DNA of 64,000 bases, from positions 128,001-192,000 of the forward strand of contig CAWBNQ010000003.1 in NCBI GenBank assembly GCA_963790205.1. Reading direction: 5' to 3'. The notes beneath the pieces were generated by a model that worked only from the letters and a program-made list of their open reading frames with translations, did not search any database and was not told the DNA's origin. Shown here piece by piece: positions 8,649 through 20,583 of the stretch (the stretch's first letter is position 1; the number at the start of each line of letters is the position of its first letter). This stretch comes from Nitrospirota bacterium (GTDB lineage: Bacteria > Nitrospirota > UBA9217). The position numbers and the translations under genes are program-made.

Positions 8649-8717
8649 ATCTAACCATTCGTGTAAGTCACTTAAGCCGACGCCGCTTCGCGTCGCGGCT
8701 TATTTCAGGCGTTCTCA
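8649..8717 (+). repeat. Degenerate integron attC-like site
   Basis: ATCTAAC (RYYYAAC)...TAAGCCGACGCCGCTTCGCGTCGCGGCTTATTTCAGGCGTT. Confidence 0.7.
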
Positions 8718-8720
8718 ATT

Positions 8721-9464
8721 ATGAAAGCGACCTTTCTCGGCACAAACGGCTGGTACGACACTGCAACCGGCAACACGGTCTGCATCCTGATCGAGACCGA
8801 ACGGTACGACATCGTGCTCGACGCGGGAACCGGCATCCACAAGCTCGACAGCTACGCGTCCGGCCGGAAGCCCGTGTTCATTTTCCTGAGCCATTTTCAT
8901 TTGGACCATATTGCGGGCCTTCACATCCTGGGAAAATTCAAGTTCGAACAGGTGCTTGTGATCTGCGGTCCAGAAGGTACGAAAAAAGTCCTCTCCATGC
9001 TCATCAATCAACCGTTTACCATGCCCTTTGCCCAGTTGGAGTATCGCACAGAGCTCCTTGAGCTTCCCGCTGAAATAAACAAACTTCCTTTCAATGTTGA
9101 GGCGCTGCCGCTCAAGCACGCTTCCTTCACGCTTGGTTACCGGTTCAGGATCGATGGGAAGATCGTTGCTTATTGCCCGGACACGGGTTTTTGCGAGAAT
9201 GCCCTCAGGCTTGCCGCGGATGCCGATCTGCTTATCACCGAATGCGCGTACCGGCCGGGACAGACGGTCGAGAGCTGGCCGCATCTTAACCCCGAGACCG
9301 CTGCGCGGATCGCCGTAGAAGCGCGCGCCAAGCGGCTCCATCTCGTCCACTTTGATGCCAGCCTTTATCCCGCACTTGATGACAGAAGACTTGCCGAGGA
9401 AACCGCAAAGAAGATCTTTCCGAGGACCGTCGCATCGCTCGACGGCATGCAGGTCGAGATTTAA
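8721..9464 (+). CDS. Metallo-beta-lactamase-fold hydrolase, RNase Z-like
   Basis: FLGTNG, SHFHLDHIAG, DTG, ITEC, LVHF. Confidence 0.88.
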   Translation: MKATFLGTNGWYDTATGNTVCILIETERYDIVLDAGTGIHKLDSYASGRKPVFIFLSHFHLDHIAGLHILGKFKFEQVLVICGPEGTKKVLSMLINQPFTMPFAQLEYRTELLELPAEINKLPFNVEALPLKHASFTLGYRFRIDGKIVAYCPDTGFCENALRLAADADLLITECAYRPGQTVESWPHLNPETAARIAVEARAKRLHLVHFDASLYPALDDRRLAEETAKKIFPRTVASLDGMQVEI

Positions 9465-9649
9465 GCGTGATCCCTTTTCAGGAAGCTCAATATCCTCTGC
9501 ACCGCCGCTCACAGGTCCGCGCAGGGGTCCTCGCCAGGCGGTGTCCACGTCGTTATTTATTTGCTACAATAATAAGAGACGCTGTATTCGGCCCGTGTTC
9601 ATAATATGTATATGTACAACCGTGGTTACAGGATTATCGAGGTTGATCC

Positions 9650-11407
9650 ATGAAAAACCAGCAGATAGCAAAGATATTCACCGAAATCGCCGACCTTCTT
9701 GAGCTCAAGGGCGAGAACGTGTTCCGTATCAGGGCCTATCGCAGGGCAGCACAGAACATCGACGGACTGTCCAGGGACGCGGCAACGCTTTCGGACAAGG
9801 ACCTTACCGCGATCCCCGGCATTGGCCCGGACCTGGCCGCCAAGATCAAGGAATTTATCGCAACAGGACGGATAGCGGCGCATGAGAAGCTCAAAACAGA
9901 GATCCCCGAAGGCGTTCTCGCGCTCTTGAAAGTGCCCGGTCTCGGCCCGAAAAAGGCGAAGCAGTTTTATGATTTGCTCAAGATAAAGAGCATCGACGAA
10001 CTCGAAGCAGCGATAAAAAAGGGCAAGCTCGCGGGTCTGCCGGGGGTCCAGAAAAAAACGGAGGAAAACATCCTGAAAGGGATCGAACTTTTGAAGCGGG
10101 GAACGGACCGGCGGCCGCTGGGCCGCGTGCTGCCGCTGGCAGAGGATATTATCGCTCGGATGAAGGATGGCGCGCCGGTGGGCAGGATCGAAGTCGCAGG
10201 AAGCATCAGGCGTTGGAAGGAGACGGTGAAAGACATCGACATTCTTACCACCTCGAAGAACGCCGGGAAAGTTATGGATGTTTTCGTGAAGCTCCCCCAG
10301 GTGAGCAGGGTGCTCGCGCATGGCGAGACCAAGTCATCGATCATCACCGATGAAGGCATCCAGGTGGACCTGCGGGTCGTGGAAGAAGACTCCTTTGGCG
10401 CGGCGCTCGCATATTTCACCGGGAGCAAGCAGCACAATATCAAGCTCAGGGAGATGGCGGTCCGGGCAGGCCTCAAGATCAACGAATACGGCGTGTTCAA
10501 GGGGCCGGGCGGGCAGAAGATCGGCGGCAAACAGGAGGAGGACGTTTACAAGGCGCTCAAGCTCCCCTTTATTCCGCCTGAACTGAGAGAAGACACCGGA
10601 GAGATCGATGCGGCCCTGGCGGGTAAGCTCCCGGATCTCGTGACCGTGGAAGACATCAAAGGCGATTTGCACGTGCATACGAAATGGTCGGATGGAAGCC
10701 ACGACCTCGATACCGTGGTAGAAGCCGCAAAGAAGAAAGGCTATCAGTACATTGCCATCACGGACCATACCAAGGGCCTCGGGGTGGCACACGGGCTTGA
10801 TGAGAAACGGCTCGCTGAGGAGATCATGCTCATTGATGAAGCGAATGCAAAACTTTCTGGATTCAAGATCCTAAAAGGCACGGAGATCGACATCCGTTCG
10901 GACGGCAGGCTCGATCTCCCCGACAAAACACTGGCCGGTCTCGATATCGTGGTGGCGTCGATCCATTCGGGCTTTAAGCAAACGGAGGAGCAGATCACGA
11001 AGCGGCTTCTCTCGGCCATCAGAAACCCTTATGTAAGCGTGATCGCCCATCCAACGGGACGGCTTCTCGGCGAGCGCGACGCCTATGCAATGGACATGCA
11101 GGCGGTGCTCAAGGAGGCCGCGAAGTACGGTGTCGCCATGGAGGTAAACGCCTATCCGCTCCGGCTCGATTTGAATGATCTTCATATCAAAATGGCAAAG
11201 CAGTACGGCGTCCCGATCGTGATCAATACCGATACCCATGTCACCAGTCAGTTCGACTTCATTACCTATGGCGTAGCAGTAGCCCGCAGAGGATGGGTGG
11301 AAAAGAAGGAGGTGTTGAATACATTGCCCTATGAACAGCTCATCGGGAGATTGAATGCGACGAGGGAGCGGAAGCTGAAAAAAGCGGCGCCGCGGAGCGC
11401 GCCGTGA
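9650..11407 (+). CDS. polX: DNA polymerase X with PHP domain
   Basis: AGSIRR, DIDIL, YFTGSKQHN, then DLHVHTKWSDG PHP domain. Confidence 0.95.
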   Translation: MKNQQIAKIFTEIADLLELKGENVFRIRAYRRAAQNIDGLSRDAATLSDKDLTAIPGIGPDLAAKIKEFIATGRIAAHEKLKTEIPEGVLALLKVPGLGPKKAKQFYDLLKIKSIDELEAAIKKGKLAGLPGVQKKTEENILKGIELLKRGTDRRPLGRVLPLAEDIIARMKDGAPVGRIEVAGSIRRWKETVKDIDILTTSKNAGKVMDVFVKLPQVSRVLAHGETKSSIITDEGIQVDLRVVEEDSFGAALAYFTGSKQHNIKLREMAVRAGLKINEYGVFKGPGGQKIGGKQEEDVYKALKLPFIPPELREDTGEIDAALAGKLPDLVTVEDIKGDLHVHTKWSDGSHDLDTVVEAAKKKGYQYIAITDHTKGLGVAHGLDEKRLAEEIMLIDEANAKLSGFKILKGTEIDIRSDGRLDLPDKTLAGLDIVVASIHSGFKQTEEQITKRLLSAIRNPYVSVIAHPTGRLLGERDAYAMDMQAVLKEAAKYGVAMEVNAYPLRLDLNDLHIKMAKQYGVPIVINTDTHVTSQFDFITYGVAVARRGWVEKKEVLNTLPYEQLIGRLNATRERKLKKAAPRSAP

Positions 11408-11473
11408 GCAGCGGGAAAGAGGAAGGGGTGGAATCGATCATCGTTTCTACGAGCTTGTGCAAAGGAGGTCATC

Positions 11474-11860
11474 ATGGCCAAGATGAAAAATAAATGCAGG
11501 GAGGTTCTGGATAAAGCGGAATGGATAGCGATTGCAACATCGGGTCATGACGGTCCCCATCTTGCAGGCACCTGGGGAGAATATGTCAGGGCCCTTGGCG
11601 TAAAGAACGACGAAGTCTTTCTCGTGCCTGCCGGCGGCCTGATAAAGACCGAGCAGAACCTCGCGGCTGATAAGAGAATCGAAATACTCTTCGGATCAAG
11701 ACAGGTGCAGGGCACTCATGGCCCGGGAAAGGGATGCAAGATCAGGGGAACCGGCCAGCTTCAGACCTCCGGCGAGCTGTTCGACGCCGCCAGAAAAAAA
11801 TTCCCCTGGGCAAGAGGCGTGCTTGTCATAAAGGCCGAAGAAGTGAGCGAACAACTCTGA
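11474..11860 (+). CDS. FMN-binding split-barrel (pyridoxamine 5'-phosphate oxidase-like) protein
   Basis: AIATSG.DGPHL..TW and G...G..I.GTG pattern. Confidence 0.75.
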   Translation: MAKMKNKCREVLDKAEWIAIATSGHDGPHLAGTWGEYVRALGVKNDEVFLVPAGGLIKTEQNLAADKRIEILFGSRQVQGTHGPGKGCKIRGTGQLQTSGELFDAARKKFPWARGVLVIKAEEVSEQL

Positions 11861-11961
11861 TTTCGAACACAAGAGAGGATGCTTTTCATAAAACGGGCGC
11901 CATTGGCGGAGGTTTTTACTGATGAAGTTTATCGTCTCGACAAACTTGCAAATTCCCATCG

Positions 11962-12606
11962 TTACCCCTTCCTGATCTGGCAGCTTTTGAGCGTTCCTTC
12001 TATTTCCGCCTTGAGGCTGTTGAAATTTCCCCTGCCTTTCGTCCTGATGACCACCTTCCGAAAGCCTTCTTTCACCCCTTCGTAGGAGGTGAGGATGCCC
12101 TGGAGGCGGAAATTGTGCTTTCGGACGATGTCCGCAACCTCCTTGATCGAACCTGGCCGGTCCTCGATGGTTACGCAGATCCGGTTCCCGCCGTGCCGGA
12201 CTCCCGTAATGTCCACAAGTGCGCGAAAGATGTCCTTGTCCGAGATGATGCCGGCGAGGACTCCCTCATCGATCACCGGGAGGCAGCCAATATCGGAATC
12301 CATCATCACCATTGCCGCTTCTTCCACCGGCGTGTTGGAGATTGTCGTCATGACCTTTGTTGTCATGATCTCCCGGATCCTCGTTTTGGCGAGGATATAG
12401 TGCAGCTCATAAATATCGAGGGACGTGGCCTTTGACGGGCTGTACTCTTTGATGTCCCGGTCAGAGACGATACCTTTCAGTTTTCCGCCCTTGACGACAA
12501 GGACGTGTTTGATGCGCCTCTCTTTCATCAGCGTGAGCGCGTCGGAAAGATAAGCGTCAGGCTCGACACTCAACACCTTTTTCGTCATCCAGTCCGAAAC
12601 GTACAT
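11962..12606 (-). CDS. CBS-pair plus ACT domain protein (AcuB-like)
   Basis: VSDWMT, GIVSDRDI, GIISDKDI, EDRPGSI. Confidence 0.88.
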   Translation of the reverse strand: MYVSDWMTKKVLSVEPDAYLSDALTLMKERRIKHVLVVKGGKLKGIVSDRDIKEYSPSKATSLDIYELHYILAKTRIREIMTTKVMTTISNTPVEEAAMVMMDSDIGCLPVIDEGVLAGIISDKDIFRALVDITGVRHGGNRICVTIEDRPGSIKEVADIVRKHNFRLQGILTSYEGVKEGFRKVVIRTKGRGNFNSLKAEIEGTLKSCQIRKG

Positions 12607-12706
12607 AGTCACCTCCGTGTGATTCGAGAACTTGGGAAGTTGGGAAGACAGGGGTTGTGTGCTGCTCTCACCTTCTCACCTTCCTCTCTTCGCAATTTCC
12701 GTCTTT

Positions 12707-13411
12707 TCACATTCCCAGATACGCTTTCCTCACATGTTCGTTGCCAAGCAGCGCCCCACTCTTGTCCTCGAGCACGACCCTGCCCGTCTCCAGGACGTAC
12801 CCCCGGTCCGCGATCTTCAGCGACTGAAACACGTTCTGCTCCACGAGCAGGACCGTGACCCCCTGGTTCCTGATCCCGGCAATGATCTCGAAGATGGATT
12901 TCACCAGGAGCGGCGAAAGGCCGAGCGACGGCTCGTCGAGCAGGAGCAGTTTCGGGTCCGCCATGAGTCCCCGCGCGATGGCCAGCATCTGCTGCTCGCC
13001 ACCGGACAAAGTCCCGCCCAGCTGTTTTTCCCGCTCTTTGAGCCGCGGGAACATCGCGAAGACACGGTCCGTGTTCTCGCCTCTTTTTCTTCGCGCCCTT
13101 TTGATAAAGGACCCCATCCTGAGGTTTTCGATGACCGTCATCTGCGGAAATATTCTTCTGCCTTCAGGCACCTGGACAATGCCGAGTTCCACCACTTCAT
13201 GCGCGGCGAGCTTCCCGAGGTCAATGCCGTTGAACGTGATGCTGCCGTGAGCGCGCGTCACGAGCCTCGAAATGTTCTTGAGGAGCGTTGATTTGCCCGC
13301 CCCGTTCGCCCCGACGACCGTGACGATCTCGTCTTTTTTTATCGCTACGTTCACGTCCCCGAGCACTTTCAGGTCGCCGTAGCTGAAATTCAGGTCCCTG
13401 ATCTCAAGCAT
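12707..13411 (-). CDS. livF: Branched-chain amino acid ABC transporter ATPase
   Basis: GANGAGKS, VPEGRRIF, LSGGEQQM, DEPSLGL. Confidence 0.93.
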   Translation of the reverse strand: MLEIRDLNFSYGDLKVLGDVNVAIKKDEIVTVVGANGAGKSTLLKNISRLVTRAHGSITFNGIDLGKLAAHEVVELGIVQVPEGRRIFPQMTVIENLRMGSFIKRARRKRGENTDRVFAMFPRLKEREKQLGGTLSGGEQQMLAIARGLMADPKLLLLDEPSLGLSPLLVKSIFEIIAGIRNQGVTVLLVEQNVFQSLKIADRGYVLETGRVVLEDKSGALLGNEHVRKAYLGM

Positions 13412-14123
13412 GGCTCTCCCCGAGATAGGCGCGAACGACCGCCTCGTTCGAGACGACCTCCCGAGGCGCGCCCTCGGCCAGTTTCTCGCCCGAGTTCAGG
13501 ACCACGATCCGGTCCGAGATGCGCATGATCGCTTTCATGTTGTGCTCGATGACCATCTGGGTGATCCCGAGCTTTTTGATGTCGAGGATCAGGCCGATGA
13601 TCTCCTCGCTTTCCGCGGGATTGAGGCCGCCCATGACCTCATCCAGGAGCAGCAGCCTGGGCCGTGTGGCCAGGACGCGCGCCACTTCGAGCTTCTTGCG
13701 CTCGCCGATGGGCAGGCTGCCGGCGCGGAAGTCCGCACGGCGCTCCAGGTGGACCACCCTGACCTGCTCCAGGGCCATTTCTCTCGCTGTTTTTATCGAG
13801 TTCGTGCGGCAAAGCGCGCCGACCATGACGTTGTCCACGACGCTCATTTTGGCGAGCGGCCGCGCCTTCTGCCAGGTGCGGGCCATGCCGAGCTTGCACA
13901 CGGCGTCGGGATGCAGGCCGTTCATGCGCCTGTTGTCGAACAGCACCTCACCCCGGGAGGGAGGGTAATAGCCGGTGATGCAGTTGAACAGCGTGGTCTT
14001 CCCCGCGCCATTCGGGCCGATCAGACCCATGATCATCCCCTGGTTCACTTCGAAGGAGATCTCGGAATTGGCGGCCAGACCGCCGAAAAACTTGCTGACG
14101 CGTCTGATTTCGAGTAGCGCCAT
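13404..14123 (-). CDS. livG: Branched-chain amino acid ABC transporter ATPase
   Basis: FGGLAA, GPNGAGKT, LDEVMGG; start reassigned to MALLEI at 14123. Confidence 0.9.
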   Translation of the reverse strand: MALLEIRRVSKFFGGLAANSEISFEVNQGMIMGLIGPNGAGKTTLFNCITGYYPPSRGEVLFDNRRMNGLHPDAVCKLGMARTWQKARPLAKMSVVDNVMVGALCRTNSIKTAREMALEQVRVVHLERRADFRAGSLPIGERKKLEVARVLATRPRLLLLDEVMGGLNPAESEEIIGLILDIKKLGITQMVIEHNMKAIMRISDRIVVLNSGEKLAEGAPREVVSNEAVVRAYLGESHA

Positions 14124-15196
14124 CAGGCCGCCTCCTTTCGTTTTTTTGTCGTGATCTTCTTGATGAAGCCGAGTATTCCCTCGGGCATGAACAGGATCAC
14201 GACGACGAGAAGGATGCCGTAAATGAGCACATGGGCATGGGACAGCTGCTCCTTGAGAAAGGAACCCACTGCTGAATTCTCTTGTACCAGACCCGAATCG
14301 ATCAGGGCCTGGGCGATCACGTTGCTGCGCAGGGCCTCGGAAAACGGGACCAGTACGGCTGCGCCGATCATGGGCCCGAAGATCGTGCCGATGCCGCCGA
14401 TAATGCAGGTCATGACGATCTGGACCGACAGTCCCAGGTCCAGGACCGTGCCCGGATCGATGAATCCGACATAAAGTCCGTAGAGACTGCCAGCCAGGGA
14501 AGTAAAGATCGCGGAGAGCGACAGGGCGATGTTCTTGTACAGCGTCAGATTGATACCCAGTGAATGCGCCGCGTCCTGGTCCTCCCTGATCGCCTGAAAA
14601 TAGTAGCCGAGCTTGGAATTCTGTACCAGCCATGTTACGAGGATGACAGCGAGCGCGATGACGAGCCCGGAATAGTAAAAGGGCACCTTGGACAGGAAAT
14701 CGGTGACAACGGCATTGCCGATCTTGAGCGGCGGGATATCCGTAATAAGGATGCCTTCGGCGCCGTTCGTCAGGTCTTTCAGGTTGAGGGCCGAGACCCG
14801 GAAGATCTCGGCAACGGCGATGGACGCGAGGACGAAGTAGGGGCCGCGAAGACGGAAACAGATGGACCCGATGACCAGTCCGGTGGCCATTGCAACAGCG
14901 ACGCCGGCCCAGATGCCGAACCAGGGAGCGATGTGCCGGTATTGCAGCAGGACCATCGTGGTGTACGCGCCCACGCCGAAGTACGCCGCATGGCCCACAG
15001 AGTACTGGCCGGTATAGCCTCCCAAAATGTTCCAGGCTGATCCTGTAATGACGCTGATGAAGATCAGGATCATGATGTGGAGCGCGTAGGTGCTCGTCAC
15101 GAATTTCGGCAAAGCGAACAGCAGAGCGATGGCCGCGATGCCGAACAGGACCGGAAGAGCGCTGATACTTCGATTATTGTTTCGTAAGCTCTTCAT
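14123..15196 (-). CDS. livM: Branched-chain amino acid ABC permease
   Basis: WNILGGYTGQ.S.GHAA, RLRGPYF, AIREDQDAA. Confidence 0.92.
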   Translation of the reverse strand: MKSLRNNNRSISALPVLFGIAAIALLFALPKFVTSTYALHIMILIFISVITGSAWNILGGYTGQYSVGHAAYFGVGAYTTMVLLQYRHIAPWFGIWAGVAVAMATGLVIGSICFRLRGPYFVLASIAVAEIFRVSALNLKDLTNGAEGILITDIPPLKIGNAVVTDFLSKVPFYYSGLVIALAVILVTWLVQNSKLGYYFQAIREDQDAAHSLGINLTLYKNIALSLSAIFTSLAGSLYGLYVGFIDPGTVLDLGLSVQIVMTCIIGGIGTIFGPMIGAAVLVPFSEALRSNVIAQALIDSGLVQENSAVGSFLKEQLSHAHVLIYGILLVVVILFMPEGILGFIKKITTKKRKEAA

Positions 15197-15347
15197 GTGC
15201 GGATGACCGAATAGCATGGTGAACCACGAAGACCGCGAAGTCCGTGAAAAAGCGCACGGCAGGAGTTATTCCTGAGTTCCCTTGATTGTTTCACCTTCGT
15301 GCGCTTCGTGTCCTTCGCGGTAAAGAGTTTCCACTTCAATAAAGCAA

Positions 15348-16214
15348 TCAATCCTTCGACGTGCCCAAAAGACCGGAGGGTCTGAACAGAAGGACCAGCA
15401 GGAAGAGGACGAACACGATAACGTCCTTCCAACCCGATCCGATATACACGCCGCCGACCGACTCTGCAACGCCGATGAGCACACCTCCGAGCGTCGCGCC
15501 GACGATACTGCCCATCCCGCCGAGCACGGTTATCACGAATGCTTTGAGCGTGAAGACGCTCCCCACCTGCGGAAAGATATAGTAGGTGGGAGATATCAGC
15601 GCGCCCGCCGTGCCGGCAAGGGCCGACCCGATCCCAAAGGCGATCATCGACATGCGCCTGACATTGATCCCCATAAGCTGCGCCGCCTCTCGGTCCTGGG
15701 CCGTGGCCCTGATGGCCTGGCCCATGTCGGTCCGGTACAGGAACCAGTACAGGGCCGCGGTGATGGCGATGGTGATGGCAAAGGAAACGACCAGCGGCTC
15801 GGAGACCGAGATGCTCAGGATGGTGACGCTGCTGGAGGAATAGGTCGTGGACAAGATCTTGTAATCCGATGTGAAGGCAAGCATGATCGTATTGCTCATG
15901 ATCAGGCCCATACCGATGGTCAGCAGGATCTGGTTCTGGGGCAGCGCGTTGAGCGCGCGGTTAATGAAGACTTTCTGGAGAAATGCGCCGTACAGGAACA
16001 TGAGCGGGATGGTAATGATGATGGAGACAAAGGGATCGATATGAAAAAAAGTGAACAAAAAATAAGTGCCGTACATGCCGATCATCAGGATGTCGCCGTG
16101 GGCGAAGTTGATCACCCGCATGACGCCGAAGATGATGGTCAGGCCGATACCGATCAGCGCGTATACGCCGCCGATCAGGATGCCGCTGATGAGAGATTGT
16201 AAGAAGACCGCCAT
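15348..16214 (-). CDS. livH: Branched-chain amino acid ABC permease
   Basis: GLTIIFGVMRVINFAHG, VLGGMGS. Confidence 0.93.
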   Translation of the reverse strand: MAVFLQSLISGILIGGVYALIGIGLTIIFGVMRVINFAHGDILMIGMYGTYFLFTFFHIDPFVSIIITIPLMFLYGAFLQKVFINRALNALPQNQILLTIGMGLIMSNTIMLAFTSDYKILSTTYSSSSVTILSISVSEPLVVSFAITIAITAALYWFLYRTDMGQAIRATAQDREAAQLMGINVRRMSMIAFGIGSALAGTAGALISPTYYIFPQVGSVFTLKAFVITVLGGMGSIVGATLGGVLIGVAESVGGVYIGSGWKDVIVFVLFLLVLLFRPSGLLGTSKD

Positions 16215-16400
16215 AGATCTTTCAGCTTTGATAAACTCGGAACAAATATAAAACTATGACACGGATAAGATCGGATTAAACTTCCGGAAAAATCCGGACC
16301 CTTCCGGGTTTTATCCGTGAAAATCCGTGTCAAGGCAGTTAGTCTTTTAATTCAATTTCAAAAAAAAGAAGCGGGCCATAGGTCCGCTCCTCACGAAGCG

Positions 16401-17558
16401 TTATTTTTTCCAGCCCGGGAAGGGCCAGATGGGCTTCTTGACGGCATCTTTGAGAGGCCAGACCGTCTCGTATCGTCCGTTCTGCACCTGCTCGACGAGC
16501 ATCTGGGCCTTTCTCTGGTTCCGGTATCCGTCGTAGTCCTGGAAACGGACCTCGCCGAGGATCCCGTTCCATTTTCCGCGCTGCAGCGCCTCACGCGTTT
16601 TTCCCCGATCGCCGCCTCCTGCCGCAGCGGCCTGTCCCAGGATCATCATCGACTCATAGGCGCAGGCCGCGTGATAGGTCGGCGGCTTGCCGAACTGTTT
16701 CACATAGCGTTGGTACCATGCCTTGGAGCCGGACCAGGGCGCGTCCTCGGTCCATTGGGTTGAGGAAAATACGCCGTGGCTGATGTCCTTCTCCTGCGCG
16801 AACTGGGCCACCGAGAAGCCTGCGCCTGCGCCGAGAAATGCCATGGGAGAGAGTCCGATCTCGCGCGATTGCCGCATCAGGAGGATGGCGTCAGCCGCAT
16901 AGGAAACCATGAATACGAGGTCAGGGTTCGTCGCCTTCACCTTGGCGAGCGTGGAACGGTAGTCGGGAGAACCCTTGGAGTAGGCCTCCTCGAAGACCAC
17001 CTTGATGCCTTTCTGCTCAGCGATCATCTTGGCGCTCTTTGCTCCTGAATTGCCGAAGTCCGTATTTTCATTCAGGATGGCAATGCTCCTGGGCTTGCCG
17101 AGGGTGGTGGCGAGATCGAGCAACACGCCTGCGTAGTCGCCCGTGGTGCCGGAAACGCGGAAGGTCCACTGGTAACCCTGCCGGGTGATCTCTTCTTTTG
17201 ACGCTGCCGGCACAACCAGAGGGACCTTGTATCGTTCTGCAATCTTGGCGTCGGCGTTGGCCGTGGCAGAGGTGTATGGGCCTACAATGCCGACTACGTT
17301 ATCGCGGGTGGCAAGCTTTTCGAAGGCGGCAAGTGATTTATCGGGTTTGCCCGTATCGTCCTCCTTGACCAGCTCCACGTCGATCCCCTTTTTCTTCAGG
17401 TCCTCGACGGCGAGGGTGACGCCGTTGGTCAGGTTCTCGCCGATGGGCGCTTCCGGTCCGGTGATCGAATTGATGAAACCGAGCTTCAGGCTTGCGGCCC
17501 GGGCAACGACGGGAATGGCAATAATCATTACCAAAATAACGATGAGCAATCGTTTCAT
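16401..17558 (-). CDS. ABC transporter substrate-binding protein (LivK-like)
   Basis: Signal peptide, SITGP.A..G, EDDTG.P; GGGAGG RBS before MKRLL. Confidence 0.9.
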   Translation of the reverse strand: MKRLLIVILVMIIAIPVVARAASLKLGFINSITGPEAPIGENLTNGVTLAVEDLKKKGIDVELVKEDDTGKPDKSLAAFEKLATRDNVVGIVGPYTSATANADAKIAERYKVPLVVPAASKEEITRQGYQWTFRVSGTTGDYAGVLLDLATTLGKPRSIAILNENTDFGNSGAKSAKMIAEQKGIKVVFEEAYSKGSPDYRSTLAKVKATNPDLVFMVSYAADAILLMRQSREIGLSPMAFLGAGAGFSVAQFAQEKDISHGVFSSTQWTEDAPWSGSKAWYQRYVKQFGKPPTYHAACAYESMMILGQAAAAGGGDRGKTREALQRGKWNGILGEVRFQDYDGYRNQRKAQMLVEQVQNGRYETVWPLKDAVKKPIWPFPGWKK

Positions 17559-17626
17559 GGTGACCTCCCTTGTAGTCCTCCTGTGGTTTGTGGCCATTGA
17601 AGCTGTTTAATCGGCTCACAGGGTAA

Positions 17627-17700
17627 AATTCCCCGCCGCTCGCGGCGGGGTAGTTTATTTCTAATCGCTAACCCCGCAGCAAGCTGCGGGGTTAGCGATT
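17627..17700. repeat. REP-like palindromes (CCCCGCAGCWWGCTGCGGGG family; another copy at 39581-39600)
   Basis: Perfect 18-bp arms at 17663-17700 and a related hairpin at 17631-17650. Confidence 0.75.
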
Positions 17701-17726
17701 GCTTCTGGATTCATTGATACCTTGGC

Positions 17727-18494
17727 TCAATGTTGTCCGTTGCCGCACCCGCTTCCCGGCATCCGTGCTTTCAAAAATTCTCTATTCAATTTCGCGATAA
17801 ACTTCACCTTGATACCCTTGGGGCATACAGACTCGCATTCGTAGTGATTGCCGCAGTTGCCGAAGCCCTGACGGAGCATCTCCTCGGTCATGACGCAGAC
17901 GCGCCGGCCGGCCTCGATCTTCCCTTGCGGCAGCACGGCGAGGTGCGATACTTTAGCGGCAGTGAAGAGCATGGCCGAACCGTTGGGGCAGGCTGCAACG
18001 CAGGCTCCGCAGCCGATGCACTCGGCAGCGTCCATAGCCGTATCGGCATCGCGCTTGGGAATCAGGATGGCGTTGCCGTCTGGCACGCCGCCTGTGCGGA
18101 CCGAGACATATCCGCCGGACTGAATGATCTTGTCTAAGGCGCTCCGGTCCACGATCAGGTCCTTGATCACGGGAAATGCCTTTGCGCGGAAGGGCTCGAT
18201 GTAGATCGTGTCGCCGTCCTTGAAGTGGCGCATATGGAGCTGGCAGACCGTGGTTTTTTCCCGCGGGCCGTGGGGCACGCCGTTCACGACCTGGCCGCAG
18301 GTACCGCAGATGCCCTCGCGACAGTCGCTGTCGAACGCGACGGGCTCCTCGTCTTTTTTGACCAGGCCCTCGTTCACCACGTCGAGCATCTCGAGGAAGG
18401 ACATGTCCTGCGAGATGCCCTGTGCGTCATAGCGTTCAAGTTTGCCCTTGTCCTTCGGCCCTTTCTGGCGCCAGACGTAGAGAGTAAGGTTCAT
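17727..18494 (-). CDS. sdhB: Succinate dehydrogenase/fumarate reductase iron-sulfur subunit
   Basis: [33 protein letters not shown]. Confidence 0.95.
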   Translation of the reverse strand: MNLTLYVWRQKGPKDKGKLERYDAQGISQDMSFLEMLDVVNEGLVKKDEEPVAFDSDCREGICGTCGQVVNGVPHGPREKTTVCQLHMRHFKDGDTIYIEPFRAKAFPVIKDLIVDRSALDKIIQSGGYVSVRTGGVPDGNAILIPKRDADTAMDAAECIGCGACVAACPNGSAMLFTAAKVSHLAVLPQGKIEAGRRVCVMTEEMLRQGFGNCGNHYECESVCPKGIKVKFIAKLNREFLKARMPGSGCGNGQH

Positions 18495-18507
18495 ATGGCA
18501 TCCTGTC

Positions 18508-18590
18508 CGTCATTCCGGGCTTGACCCGGAATCCAGCGACTTTGCCGTGGTAAAGAAAAGCACTGGATTCCCGCATTCGCGGGAATGACG
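18508..18590. repeat. REPIN-like inverted doublet of ATTCC...GGAAT palindromes
   Basis: CGTCATTCCGGGCTTGACCCGGAATCCAG...CTGGATTCCCGCATTCGCGGGAATGACG. Confidence 0.8.
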
Positions 18591-18596
18591 AAAAAA

Positions 18597-20510
<1,914 letters not shown>

Positions 20511-20583
20511 AATGATTGAAGTTTTGAATTTAAGTTCTTCGATATTATTCGGAATTTAGGAATTCGTGCTTCGGATTTCTTTG

